From NCBI GenBank assembly GCA_010093605.1, contig MU004181.1, forward strand, positions 3,720,001 through 3,784,000: a stretch of DNA of 64,000 nt, written 5' to 3'. The notes below the pieces were generated by a model, which was not told the DNA's origin, did no database searches, and saw only the letters and a program-made list of their open reading frames with translations. Below, piece after piece: positions 25,000 to 37,316 of this stretch (the stretch's first letter is position 1; every line of letters starts with the position of its first letter). Made by a program: the position numbers and the translations under genes. Source of the stretch: Lophium mytilinum. Lineage: Eukaryota.

Positions 25000-25400
25000 A
25001 CTGTTCAGAATGTGCCATCCTTCGCCAGTGGCGGTTGTTGCATGAGCACGCTCGGGAACGTCGTTTGGCTGACCCTGCAACACCCTTGTACACTTCTCGT
25101 TACACGACATCGTCTACATGCATGACATCTTCGCAGCGGTTTCCCAATCACCGAGTCCTTGATAATACGTCTGTCTAGAGCAGATATCGGTCCTTTCGGA
25201 ATGCTCTCTTCTCCCTATCATGTATCCATCTTGGCTAATCCACAAGTTTCGAACACGTTGTCTTTTGCAGGCTTGCGATATGCAGTCTATACTGCTTTCT
25301 AAGTTTCGGACTGCGCCACCGGTAATCAACCAATTGGATGGGCCGGGCTTGGGGATATGCTTCCGATACAACACACATACTCTCGATCCACTAGGCTACA
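25000..25400 (-). pseudogene. Possible decayed HET-domain gene
   Basis: VRNLESSI..RVRNLWISQD..DICSR..QGLG, then NRHWRRM, resemble the HET-domain order NL..AL..LWID..Q..IY..WLG..W.R.W; interrupted by stops and frameshifts. Confidence 0.3.
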
Positions 25401-27646
25401 TCACCACTTCCTCGTCAAAGCATCCCATTGGATTTGGAACCTGCATAAGTCCCAGAAAGGCGAACGCCTTGCAGTGTTCAAAGTGAGCCCGCGCCGTTGA
25501 GCCGCCTGGGCTCGGAGGCACTCAAAAGAGTTCTAGGTTTAGATGTGCATAGAAAATTATTTCGCAATCCTTCATGGAAGCTACATTGAAAATGAAGGTC
25601 ATAATGTCGGCTCATAGCATCTCTTGAACAGTCTAAAAGTCGGGATTTTCTTAATGTCTATCATTTCTCGTTTCTTGCAGCGCCTCAGTCGGATTGCGAA
25701 TGACCTATACCAACGTCAAGTACTGCAACCTGTTTGATAAAGAAAACTTTTGCAGTGGATCACATTGTGCTATACCTACGATGATAGCCACCGTGACCAC
25801 TGAAAGGTGGCGGAGGTGGAGGCGACTCCAACGAAGGCATTTGGTCCAGCAACCCGTAAGCGGCTCTGACGGCCGCGGAAGCTCATCAGCGGTGGAAGTA
25901 GGCGTATATCGTACCTCGTTACGAATAAAAAGAGGCGAAATGAAGCAGCCAGTGATCCAACATGTAAGATTGCTTCACCGGACCGTGACTCCTATCCACT
26001 TCCAAGATTATCACAAGCAACAGCACACCAAGGCAGCCTCCAGGGCAGACTTAGACCTCTTTAATTCAACCTGACATCAACAAGCCCTACCTCGCCCCGC
26101 TCTACAGGCTTTCCATAATCACACCACGTATATGTGCCTCACCTACGACGTTCTTACACGTATGACCCGCCTCACAGTCACTAAGCACGAAGGCCCCCTC
26201 AGCCCCACGGAAGTAACCACACCTCATCCCCTTCCGCGGTCGACAAAGGTTCTAATCCTGAATACCCCCTTTCAGTCACTAACAACTTCCTCGATCTATA
26301 CTATCCTTGGAAACTGTGCACAAGGGCCCCCGTCCGGTAGCATCACCACCGGTTCTAGTAACCCATAGGCGATACGTCTGGCCTCTCCAGAGCGCCTTAA
26401 CCTCTTCAAGCGACGCACACAGCATGCCTTCCCGGCCTCAGTAAGCGATAACAGGTGTACTTAGACAGCGTGTGCACGAGTCTCTACTGGTGCACCTAAG
26501 GCATGACGTGTTCAGGCACCCTGTTCGAGGCACACACGTCTGCAGCGCTCACATCGCACAGAAGCTCGTCATTCCGCTTGTTGCGGACACTCTGAATGGC
26601 GAGGGGGGCAGAAGCATAGGCAGCCGCCGTTGTTGCCTGTGGCCGCATACTGGACTGCGTTAATCGCGCCTTTTCAGAACATGTTGCAGATGAACCTGCG
26701 GAAGAGGGGCGAAAAAGGGGGTGGGGGTTTCACTGGTGGCAGGCTCGGCGACGAGGGTGCGCTGGAGGAAGGCGGTGATGTGATTCGTAAGGGGTTGCGA
26801 GGAGTCCTTCAATGTAAAATAGATAAACACTACACGATATCCTAACTCATCGCCCATATTGATAGAGGCTTTATGATTTAAACCCTTATTTCAAGCGACA
26901 ATCTCTTGCTAATATCGATCTAGTTGGGGTCGGGGGTCATTATTGAGGTGAGTTGGTCCGATCTATACAACGGAATCGATGCAATTGATACGTCATATTC
27001 TAATTGAATATCCACCAACCTTGGGTCACATGTTGGCAGTTGGTTCATGGCAGAGGTCCTGTTGCATGCTAAGCGAATCAACATATACGATACTAGGGAC
27101 TATTCTGTTGGCCTTTTACTGCGGCCCAGCCTCTCCGAATGGCGCTGAGAGTCGATTCGTTTGGCATGGGGGGTTCCCCAAATACGGGATTGTGGGATAT
27201 TCATTCATACCCATGACTTTCAAGTCCTATGGAGCATCCCGCGTGCCGTCTTTCCTTAGACATGGAGAAGCCGGATTGTTGAATGTGTGTAGGCAAGGGG
27301 GTTGTTCATGAACCGGGCAGATCTTCTGTAGTGGTTAGATCGTAGAATGCCTCCGGAGTGCTGTCTGCCTTGAAGAGAGAAACAGGGATTGCTCTCAAGA
27401 TAGAAAGAGGACTGTGAACATGGAGAGACATAGTAAGGATTTAGCTGTTGAATAATGCAGGTACCTTGTATCGCGAAACTAACTCCAATTCGCTGTGCGG
27501 CACAGATACGAAGAAACGAAGGTTGAGGCAGACCTCACTACCCCATTTCTGGTTAGGCCGGTTAATCGCGGGACATATCCGCGCTATCGTCATTCCTCAA
27601 CGACGAGCGACGCGTGCTGCTGCTCTTTCTCTCTCCCACATGCGCC

Positions 27647-30156
27647 ATGAGGACCTTGGACGAAGCGAGGTGGGTGTGTGGGTCCTAGCTATGCGCAGGA
27701 TAAATGCTAAAACTTGTGTAGAAAGTGTTGGCCCCAGCTAGATGGAGTCAGCTCTATCGGCCAGTTGAAGAAGGTTGTGTCTTCGCCGGATGAGCCCCGA
27801 ATCACTACAGGTTTACGGTCGATATGTTGGAAGGTAGGCGCATTATGCCCCCCTGTAGAGGTAGCTATACTCATAGAATCTAACAGATATTTCTCCTCTT
27901 CCATAATTTCGACCGTACGTCATGGCCGACCGCTCTCGTAGATTCGAGAACCGCATACGACTCCCTCCGGTCCCACTTCCTACGAGCAATCGAACACCCT
28001 GACGAGATTGAGTCTGCTGTAGACCCGTTGAGTGAACATGAAGAGGTACTACACCCAATGCGGCTCGTCATAGGGCAGAGAAACCAAACTCAATCTGTCT
28101 GACAACTCACTAAGACTTGAAAGTCCCCCTGGGTAGCCCTCCGCAATGACGAGACCCTACGAGCCGAGATTTTTCAAGACGTCGAACGATGCATGCCGGA
28201 CAACATGTACTTCCGCCAGCCGTCGACTCAGAACATGATGCTGGACATAATCTTCATATTCTGCAAGTTGAACCCAGATATCGGATACAGACAGGGCATG
28301 CATGAGGTGCTGGCCCCTATACTTTGGGTTGTGGAAAGAGATGCTATCGACCCAGCAAGCATAGAGCGCGGGCGAAATACTGGTATGGCAAGCAGACTGC
28401 TCCGCGATGTCTGCGATCTTCGCTTCGTCGAGCACGATACGTTCACGTTGTTCCAACTGGTCATGCAGAACGCGAAGTTCTTCTATGCTCCTGGAGAAGG
28501 ACAATCAGGTTTCTCGCAAGCGCCTCAGGCCGATACGCCGATGTTGATACGAAGCAAGAGGATATTTGAGGAATATCTTCCCATGGCAGATCCGCCCCTA
28601 GCCGCTCACCTGAAGAAGGTGGATATAGTTCCTCAAATATTTCTCATGTACGTCAAGCCTTTCATCGTCAGCATAAGTTCATTACTAATGACTGCAGGCG
28701 GTGGATACGGCTTCTGTTTGGCCGAGAGTTTTCATTCAACGAAGTATTGGTGATGTGGGACATACTTTTTGCCGAGGACTCATCCTTAGAGCTTGTCGAT
28801 TTTATTTGCATAGCGATGCTGCTTCGTATACGGTGGGACCGTAAGTTAATCCCTAGGATCCGATCACTTTCACATTACTGACCATCATTAGTCGTTGAGG
28901 CCGACACAAATACTGCTTTCACACTACTGTTAAGATACCCTGAACCCGACAATCCACCCTTTACCTTTGTACATGATGCGTTATATCTGCGCGATAATCT
29001 TACTTCCCAAGGCGGTGCCAACATCATCAAGAAATACGGCAAGAAATCGCCACCAATATCCGGAAACGATTCGCGTGTAGCCAGCCACGCTCGCACGCCA
29101 ATTGGAGCTTCAAATAGTCTCGTTCCACAGCCCGGAAGCCTAGAAGCTATACTACAGGATGCTGCCCGAGGTGTCTACAACCGCGGGGAGAAATGGGGCA
29201 TTGCGAAAGCTGTGCGCGACGCGGTTGGGGAGGTAAAGAAAAACGTGCAGACGTTGCAGCAGGCCAACTCTGGGCAAAGTACCCCAAGATCTGGCGGAAG
29301 AGAATACAGAAAGCCGGCACGACCTGTGCTTAAATCCACACAGTCCAACTCTGAAGTTTTGCGGAGGATTTCTGCGCTCGAGGCGCGGAACAAAGGTCTC
29401 GCCAAGATGCTCGAGGGCGCACTCTCTGAACTATGGGACTGCCACAAGGAGAAAAGCGACGAGGCGGATGTTGACAAAGCATCTTTAGAAGCATTGAGTG
29501 TCGCTATTGCCAAGGTCCAATTCGTACAGGTTTATCTAGAAGACGCATCAATACCCCTACCTATCGAAGAAGACAAAGGCAAAGCGCCAATGAGAGTCCT
29601 CATCCCACCAGAGCGCACCTCTAGCGCACCACCAACCTCAAGCCCGACCTCTTCAAGGTCCGGAGCTATTTCGTCACCATCTTCCAAATCTTCACGACCA
29701 CAAATAAGCATTGGCAACTCCTCATCAAGCAAATCCGCCCTTCCAATTGATATTCCATCCCTCCCAACCACACTCAAGAATTCTACCTCTAGAATCACCG
29801 CTGTGCCCACCATTACAGCACCTAGTCCCTCGCCACCCAGCCCAACCATCTCAGTCTCTGCTCGCGCGCGCCCTGCACTCGCACAATCATCTTTCTCCTG
29901 GATGCTTGGCCAGGACGAGCGCACCTCCACGTTCGCATCCGCGTCTGCACACACCGCCTTTCCGTCAGATGAAAAACGGCGCATGGCTAGGGGCAAGGAT
30001 GGCATCGGCGGAAAGGGATACCTGTTTGGAGAAGACGATGAGGAGGGTAGCTCGATAAAGGATGGACGGGCGAAGGGAAAGGGAAGCAAGGCGGAGAAGG
30101 AGGTTGAGGAGGAAGTTATCGACTTGGGGCCGTTGGGGAAGAGCGCGGTAGCTTGA
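27647..30156 (+). CDS. TBC-domain Rab GTPase-activating protein (TBC1D5/Gyp6-like), multi-exon
   Basis: LRSICWK, IFQDVERCMP (R finger), YRQGMHEVLAP (Q finger), EHDTFTLF and RWIRLLFGREF; ATG 27647 followed by a GTGGGT donor. Confidence 0.92.
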
Positions 30157-30535
30157 GGGATAGTAGAATACTGCTTTTGTGAACTTTTAGATTGTTGTAT
30201 ACCATTCTGATGAAACTCAGCTTGTATTTGAAATTGATGGAAATCACCCGTCGTCTTGACTTCTATCGGGCATCACTGAACCACCCCAGGCAATACTGAA
30301 AGCGTGCTTGTATATGCGTCTGCTTGAGTAGCTAATTCAGGGCATATGTTGCTTGGTTATGGCCTGTGATGCGAGAAGCGGACTGGCTCCCGTTCATACA
30401 TCCGACTAGCACCAGGATTCCATGACCTAATTCACGGCCCTTAGATTATATTTTTAAAAAAAATCAGGCGATATCAGGACATTTGAGACTAGGTTCTCTC
30501 TCGCGAACCAAACACTAGGCTGGCTCCCAAGTGTA

Positions 30536-30751
30536 CGGTCCTAGGCCAGAAGTCTGGGCACACGGACTCAGCTCCAATCTGCCCACTCAACACCACTGTT
30601 GGGGGTAGCCTGGCTGTTGAGCAGGCAATCAGTCAAGAGGCAGTCTAATATGCATTGCTTGAAGCTTTACATCGCCCTTGAGTCTTCGGAACCTTGCGGG
30701 GGACCCCAAACAGTGGCGTACTAGTGTGCCCAGACTTGTGGCCTGTCACTG
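30536..30751. mobile_element. Degenerate MITE with Tc1/mariner-like ends
   Basis: AGGCCAGAAGTCTGGGCACAC (30543-30563) is the reverse complement of 30724-30744 with one mismatch; preceded by TA; the core recurs at 43251-43405. Confidence 0.75.
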
Positions 30752-31231
30752 CACGTCTAGTACCATTGTCGTGCTCTGCTATGATGCTTCTGGCCCTAAA
30801 TCAGAAATGATCTCTACGGCGCACACAGCGCCCAACGTCACTGCAGTGATGCGTACGGTCTGGTTCAAAGTTGTTGCAATAGTCACAAAACTGAGACTCC
30901 CTGTCGCGATCACAAACGCAAGCGGCCTTCATTCTGAACTCCGAGCCAGGTATAAGCGCCTTCTATGAGGTTGATTTTTACCTCCATGAATCATAATCCA
31001 CTAAAACATTGCTGGAAGCGACTATATGTAATCTCAATGTGTTCGCTGTTCTAAATAAATCAAATGACCCAACGTGGTGAGTCGTAACCTCTCTGTGCCG
31101 CCCTCCCATGCTTTTTGACCCAATGCAAGCCAACTCCCTCGCCAAATGCAGCATACCAAAATCAAAACCCAGGCCCAAACTCCCTCTCAAAGCCCTCTTC
31201 GCCTTGCCAAGCCTCACTCATAGCACCGCCT

Positions 31232-33995
31232 CTAATATCTCACATTCCTCCTGAACCCAGCGGCCCGCTTCCCAAACGAACGAGGATGGTTCCTCGCACG
31301 CTCCATCTCCTGGGCAGCCTGCACAGCCAACAAGCGGCGTCTCTCGTACTCGGTCTCGAACCTGGGTTTGACGTCCTCCTGTGGTTCGCGCTTCATCTTT
31401 GGGAGGCCGGGGAAGCCAGCTGAGAAGCCGGGTGGGAAGGTAGGGGCGCTGGGTCCCATGACGTACGGACGGCCCTCGCGTCGAGCTCGTTCCATATCGG
31501 CGATGATGCGGCGGCGGGCTGTCTCGGCGTTGTGCTGGTGGGCGTAGTTCTGCTGTACTTCGTTTTCGCGGTTGGCATCCTCCTCCTCCTCCTCCTCATC
31601 ATCATCATCATCATCGTCATCCTCCTCTTCGCCATCCTCGTCGCTCTCCTCGCCCTCGTTGTCGTCATCAGACTCGTCCACGCCAAAGTCATTGCCGATG
31701 CCAAACTCATCGTCGATGTTGATGGCATTGCCAGACTTCAGAATGCTAAAATCTGGTAAGTTCCATCTCCCTACCGCCATCACATACTCTACCCTTACAT
31801 TTGCTTTGAATCGGAGGAATCCGAGTCAGAAGAGTCACTGCTGCTGCTACTCTCATCGTCCGAGACATCAGTGCGGCGTTTGCGGTTGCGGGCTCGCGGT
31901 TTCGGTGGCGGGGCTGGAAGGTCGTCGTCGTCGTCGAATACGAGTCGTGTTCCGGCGCCTTTGGACACGACCGTTTTCGGCACTGCGTTGGGTGCATACA
32001 CGTAAGGGACGACTGGAACGGGCCTCGGTGCCAGAGGTGAAGCGGAAACTATAAGTAGTCTGTTAGCATAATGCTCAAAGAAAAGCACTAGAAGCTCGAA
32101 TCAGGCGTTCGCAGAGGTATGAAAGTGTTTGTATTTTCGTCCTTGAAAAAATGATGGATGATCGATCGGCGTGGATGAAACATTGCTCGTGAACGCGTCA
32201 TCTGAGGTGGCTCGAGCCGGGAGTAGGCTTCTTCGTAGTTCAAACAGTCGAGTCACGCTCAACTTCCGAAAATGCGTCGAAGCACACCAAGCAGTGGCAG
32301 AGAAGGGTACGTAGATTCATAACGAAGAAGTTTCATCCCAAGAAGTACAAGACGAGACAGGTGACAAAGTAAAACACCAGTAGATGGGAATGTCAAAGGG
32401 TACTTACGATAGTGTTCAGCATGCACGGGATGAAGGGTGGAGGGCGAGGGCTTAGATGCTTTCAGCGGAGCTGGAGCTGCACTACCGGCCTCGAGTGCCT
32501 CCAGGATGTCTCGCGCGCGCTGGTGTGTCAGTCGCCTCTTCGGTTCCGGGCCTGCCGTCTCTGGAAGTGGGTGTCCTGCATCGAGAAGCCGTTTCGTGCG
32601 CTTGAGGGTCTTGATCAGGGCCGCGTCTTGGGCGGCTTTGCGAGCCTCTCGGTCATCGAGGATCTCCATGTCTTCGACCTCGTCAGTCTCGCCAGTCTCT
32701 TTGAGAATAGCAGTGGCTGCTTCGTGTAATCGATCACGAGCCGCCGCACCTTGCAGTCCGGTGATATACTCTTTTAAGGCAGGAGAGTATTCCGGAGGAA
32801 TGCGGTAGACGCTTAGAGCATCTCTGAGTAGGTTGCTCTGGGTAGCTTTGTTGAACTTCCAGGTTTCACGTGAAGTGTGGTAGCGAGTGAGGTAGTCGAG
32901 GTAAGCAGCTGACTCTGTGTTATTTACTGTTGCCTTCGTTGCTTTCTTTGCTGCTTTGAGCTCGGCTTTCGACGGTTTGGAAGGCTCTTCGGATGATGCC
33001 TTGGCTGGCTTATCTTCTACGTCGTGTGATGCTACGTTCGATTCGTTTAATTTAGTCTTCTCTGCCTTTTCAGTCTTCTTGGCCTTGTTTGCCTCTTTCT
33101 TACTGAGCTTCTCAGACGGTGGAAGGTCGTTGGCTGGGTGCAGTTTTGGAGGTGGAGTGAACTGAGCTACTTCGGACGGAGTCAAGTCGGCCAAGGATCC
33201 TTTCTGTTGTGCTGCCCAGGCCTTGAACAGCTCCGAAGCACTGTTACCGTCCACGGTCTTAGTGTCTGGGGTGAAGGTGACTGACTTCCGTCGAGTGAGG
33301 TTTGGAGTGAGTTCTATCGAGGCTCGGTCTATGTCTGGTGTCCCTTTAAGTAGACGTTTTTGAGGACTGTTCTTAACAGTGGTCACATGATGGTGACCTG
33401 TCTCCGTAGATTTATGAAGATTGTCCTGCTCACGGTCCGAAATGACACGCTTGCCTTCATTGGGCGAGGGTTCATGGCCATTACTGTGATTGAGTCTGGC
33501 ATTGGTCTCCAGCCTGTGACCTTCTGACAATATGCGACGTTTTTTGGGCACTGAATCTTGCTTCTTCCCCTTCTTGCTTCGATAGTTTGCGTCCCCACGA
33601 GGCTTGTTACCTTGTTCTGCGATGCTAGCTGACGGGTTCGTGACTGCTATCTCTTGTACAGCTAGGGAAGCTGTTGGCAAGTCATTCGGCCCCACGACCT
33701 TCTCTTTCAGCCGCTTCTTTGTTGGCTTTTCGTCATCTCCGAGAATGCTGTCCTCGGCCTTCCTTTTACCCAGTTTGGCCGGACGCTGCCCGTCTCTTGC
33801 AGCAGCTTGGAGTACATCTGACCCAGTAGATTCACCAAATGGACGATTCTCAAAGCTTCCCTCTTGCCTCGCCTCGACAACCGCGCTTACTTCCGGATAA
33901 CGGGTCGGCTCTTCCGGTGACTGCTGATTCTTTAATTGAAGGCCCAGTCTCTTCCAGGCCGGTATGCGAACAGGTGCTGGGGCAGTCGAGGCCAT
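31232..33995 (-). CDS. WKF-domain (DUF2373/C7orf50-like) nucleolar protein, about three exons, acidic tail
   Basis: IPAWKRLGL N-terminus, KSVTF and YLTRYH..WKFNKATQSNLL..YITGLQG.ARDRL; introns near 32050-32406 and 31746-31798 join downstream Ser/Asp/Glu-rich exons in frame. Confidence 0.8.
31575..31632. repeat. TCC/TCA trinucleotide microsatellite encoding a poly-Asp/Glu tract
   Basis: (tcc)n(tca)n run read directly from the sequence. Confidence 0.85.
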
Positions 33996-34371
33996 TTTCT
34001 AGGCTCGAAATGGAATGTGGTTGAATTTAAAGACGATCGCGCATATCCGTGTCAGCTCTTGAGTCAGTATAGAATTCTAGAAAGGCGAGGATAGCGTGTG
34101 GAAGGAATTGTGTGTTCTGCGATGTCGTTGGCTGGAAAAGAGAATTTTGCCCAGGTAGCCTTGCTGTGGCGGTGCTTTCAAGCCTTGGCACGGCTTCACC
34201 GCCCGGGCAGGCACCTAGAGCATACGCAGACGAGGAACTCATGATCGTCAACTTTACCAAACAAGCCGCCTCCACTCCTCTCACCATCACGCCGGTGCTG
34301 ACATCTAATCTCCTGAACCTGCCGACCAAGCTGAAGCATCACTTGCGAGAGCCTCAGCACTTATAGCCATC

Positions 34372-35412
34372 ATGTCCGGCACGTTCACTCCTCCAGGTCG
34401 AAGCTCCATCTCAAGCTCCCCAGCTAACAGCTCTCTGCCTTATTAGGAAGCGCGGGCTATGACCGACACATCACCATCTTCTCCGACCAAGGCAGGCTAT
34501 ATCAAGTCGGTATGTTGCATTCCCACATAGTCTGGTTGTGCCGACAGTGTCGTTGTAAAGACGCGCTCCACCAATATCACAATAGCTCACCATGCATCTC
34601 TACAGAATATGCCTTCAAGGCTATCACGGCAGCGAACATCACGTCCGTAGGGGTCAAGGGAAAGAGCTGTGCCGTGGTCATCTCACAGAAGAAGGTTCCC
34701 GTGCGTATATTTCACCGCCAGACGGGCGGCTCAGCTGCTGATGGTATGCCAGGATAAACTCATCGACCCTTCCTCCGTGTCGTACATCTACAAGCTCTCG
34801 CCGTCGGTTGGATGTGTCATGACAGGGTCCATTGCAGATGCCAGAGCATCGGTCAATCGGGCGCGAGGTGAAGCTGCTGAGTTCAGATACAAGTTTGGAT
34901 ACGAGATGCCCTGCGATGCCTTGGCCAAGCGGATAGCCAACATTAGCCAAGTCTACACACAGCGCGTAAGCAAGGCTACGGCCGCTGAGATATGTATCCC
35001 CTGTGCGATTCTGACATTGTGCTAGGCGTACATGCGTCCCCTAGGTGTTGCGACGACGCTCATCTCAGTGGACTCGGAACTCGGCCCCCAACTGTTCAAG
35101 TGCGATCCGGCTGGCTACTACGTGGGATACAAGGCGACGGCGTCTGGCCCAAAAACGCAGGAGGCTCTGAACTTCCTCGAGAAGAAGCTGAAGAACAAGG
35201 ATTGCGCCGAGGGCGACTGGGAGGAGGTGGTGGAGCTCGGAATTGCAACGCTCAGCACCGTCCTGAGCGTTGATTTCAAGAAGGGCGAATTAGAGGTCGG
35301 CATTGTGGGCGGACCGCGGGCGGATGGCAAGGAAGGGGACCTCAAGGATTTCCGAGCCCTAACGGAGGATGAGATTGACGAACGCCTGCAAGCCATTGCG
35401 GACAAGGACTGA
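34372..35412 (+). CDS. SCL1: 20S proteasome subunit alpha type-1 (PSMA6 orthologue), five exons
   Basis: [77 protein letters not shown]; first intron is GC-AG (34379-34446). Confidence 0.97.
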
Positions 35413-36157
35413 ACGTGGTGCGCTGAGAGGAGGACGGCGAGGCTGTAGTGGAGGACCGGCTGGTTGGCGTCTGATGCAGCATTTTCAGCCGCCACGACGG
35501 ACGCAATGCAAGGGGCAACCGTTTGGTGGGCACTCCTGCATAAGCGTATCGTAATTTGGGATCGAGGGCAGGGAGCACGGCGAGGGGTTTGTATGTACGT
35601 ACCGCTAGTCCTCCTACTGAGCTCAATTCCAGCCGTTTGTCCTCACCATCCGGGTCGGTTGTCCACGCGAGTAGCCGCATCAATTGTCCGCACCAGTCGG
35701 GCGCTTGTTCTCAATCGCGCATGCTAATAACCTTCACGCTGGCCAGTTCGCACTACAGTTCCCAGCTGGGTCGGTCTCACTAGCACGACGACGCAGGCGC
35801 TAGCGGCAGCACAGCCCTATGTGGCGGCGCTGGAGGACTGAGCTCTAGCATTCGGCATCGATCCGGGCAACACGAAACGAGTGGTGGACCGCAGGCTGAA
35901 TTTTGGACGTTCTCCAATGAACGTGCATAGGACTGATTACGGCTATGTTTCCTAAACTCCATGTGGTTAGCATATGCAGGCGACGCAAGCCACATCAAGA
36001 GCGCTTCAACAAATCCCGAGGAGACCGTGAACAGTATAGGGTGTGTCCAGCTCACTTGGAAAGTAAGGCCTGCCAACAAGTTGCTGTGATGCAACTGTTG
36101 CGCCTTATCGTGGGACCCTTCGTGCCTGGGTCCCTTGCAATGCTGAAGAGCACTCTC

Positions 36158-36362
36158 CAGCTGGCACTCTTTCACGCCTGTACTGTGGTGGACTCGGTAA
36201 ACACTGGCGGCGGGAGTAGCCCTGAGTGATTGAGCCTGATCTGGGACCCTATCCACACCAGACCACCTTCAGGAACACTGCTTGAGCCTCTTTATAAACA
36301 CTACTGCAAACCTCAAAGGACCACCCAGCATCATTCCGACACTGCAGTACTACGCTTGCTCC
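36158..36362 (+). repeat. Upstream region of the gene at 36435; copy 1 of a ~205-bp duplication
   Basis: Aligns to 40669-40874 (GGACTCGGTAAACACTGGC..CCCTGAGTGATTGAGCCT..GCCTCTTTATAA..ACTGCAGTACTA). Confidence 0.9.
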
Positions 36363-36434
36363 CTTCTCTCCATTCTTGCATTCGCTCTGTTCCCTTCTAA
36401 CTAGTCTTATTTCCTACCTAATTCTAATCATACA

Positions 36435-37316
36435 ATGGCCGACGGACGTAAGGCTCTCCCTACTCTACCCACTGCCCAAGCCCTATCATTCACTGCGGCA
36501 TCAGTGAAGAGAGAAAGCATCATCCCTACCGAACGCCTGCTAAGAGTGCTCTTCTGCTAGTCAACGATGCCCGCGCTATGCGTGTCGCCGAGATCATGTC
36601 CGACTTTCGCAACTTACAATACTACATCGCTCAGATACGGGCGACACCCACCGCAGAGGAGTACTATCTCGAAGGCTATGCTCTTCTGCGACAGTGTGCC
36701 ACCGAAGCGCAGGCAGTTCTTTCCGCGCCTTTTGCCGCATCGACCACGTCACCAGACGGCAACCCGGAGAGAGAAAAGGCGCAGTTGAGATCGTAAGATA
36801 TGCCTTTTTATCATTTACCACACTCTGTGGACGAGCAAATACCCGTTTGTTGAGGTCCGACGTCGAAGTGACGAACGCTGTGTCTTGGTGGAGCGCCCAA
36901 GCTGACGAGGACTTCTATCACAGCATCATTCTAGACTCCGCCATCCGTCGGTTCCAGTGCCAGAGGGCGTATCTCCGTGCCCACGCTGCGCTGCGGTGGA
37001 TGAACTCTCGAAACGCCGTCTTGCGGGGCCAGAAAGCTCACGCTGGCCACTTCCAAGCTTTGCAAGCTATTGACAACACTCTTAGGGTGGTACGTACACT
37101 CCAGAAGCCACTATTCATCACTCCCTTAGATAAAAGTCGTGCGACACTACAACAATAGGAGCTTTACTGATGGTTTGTTCGCCATAGGAGCTTTCCGGCA
37201 TCACTGACCAGCATGTCGACTATACTCTCCGATCTCAGGACGCAACACAAGGCAAATGGCTCGCCGAAGACCCAGCATTAGTTACGATTCAGCAGATCCT
37301 CGCAGCACGACAATAA
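36435..37316 (+). CDS. Conserved-looking fungal hypothetical protein, four exons
   Basis: MADG|LNDARAMRVAEIMSDFRNLQYYI..EKAQLRS|IILDSAIRRFQCQRAYLR..TLRV|ELSGITD..WLAEDP..ARQ*; canonical GT-AG introns keep the frame. Confidence 0.8.

Noticed and set aside
16900..27400. Starship or other large mobile element explaining the island
   Set aside because: No tyrosine recombinase (captain), transposase or boundary repeats seen
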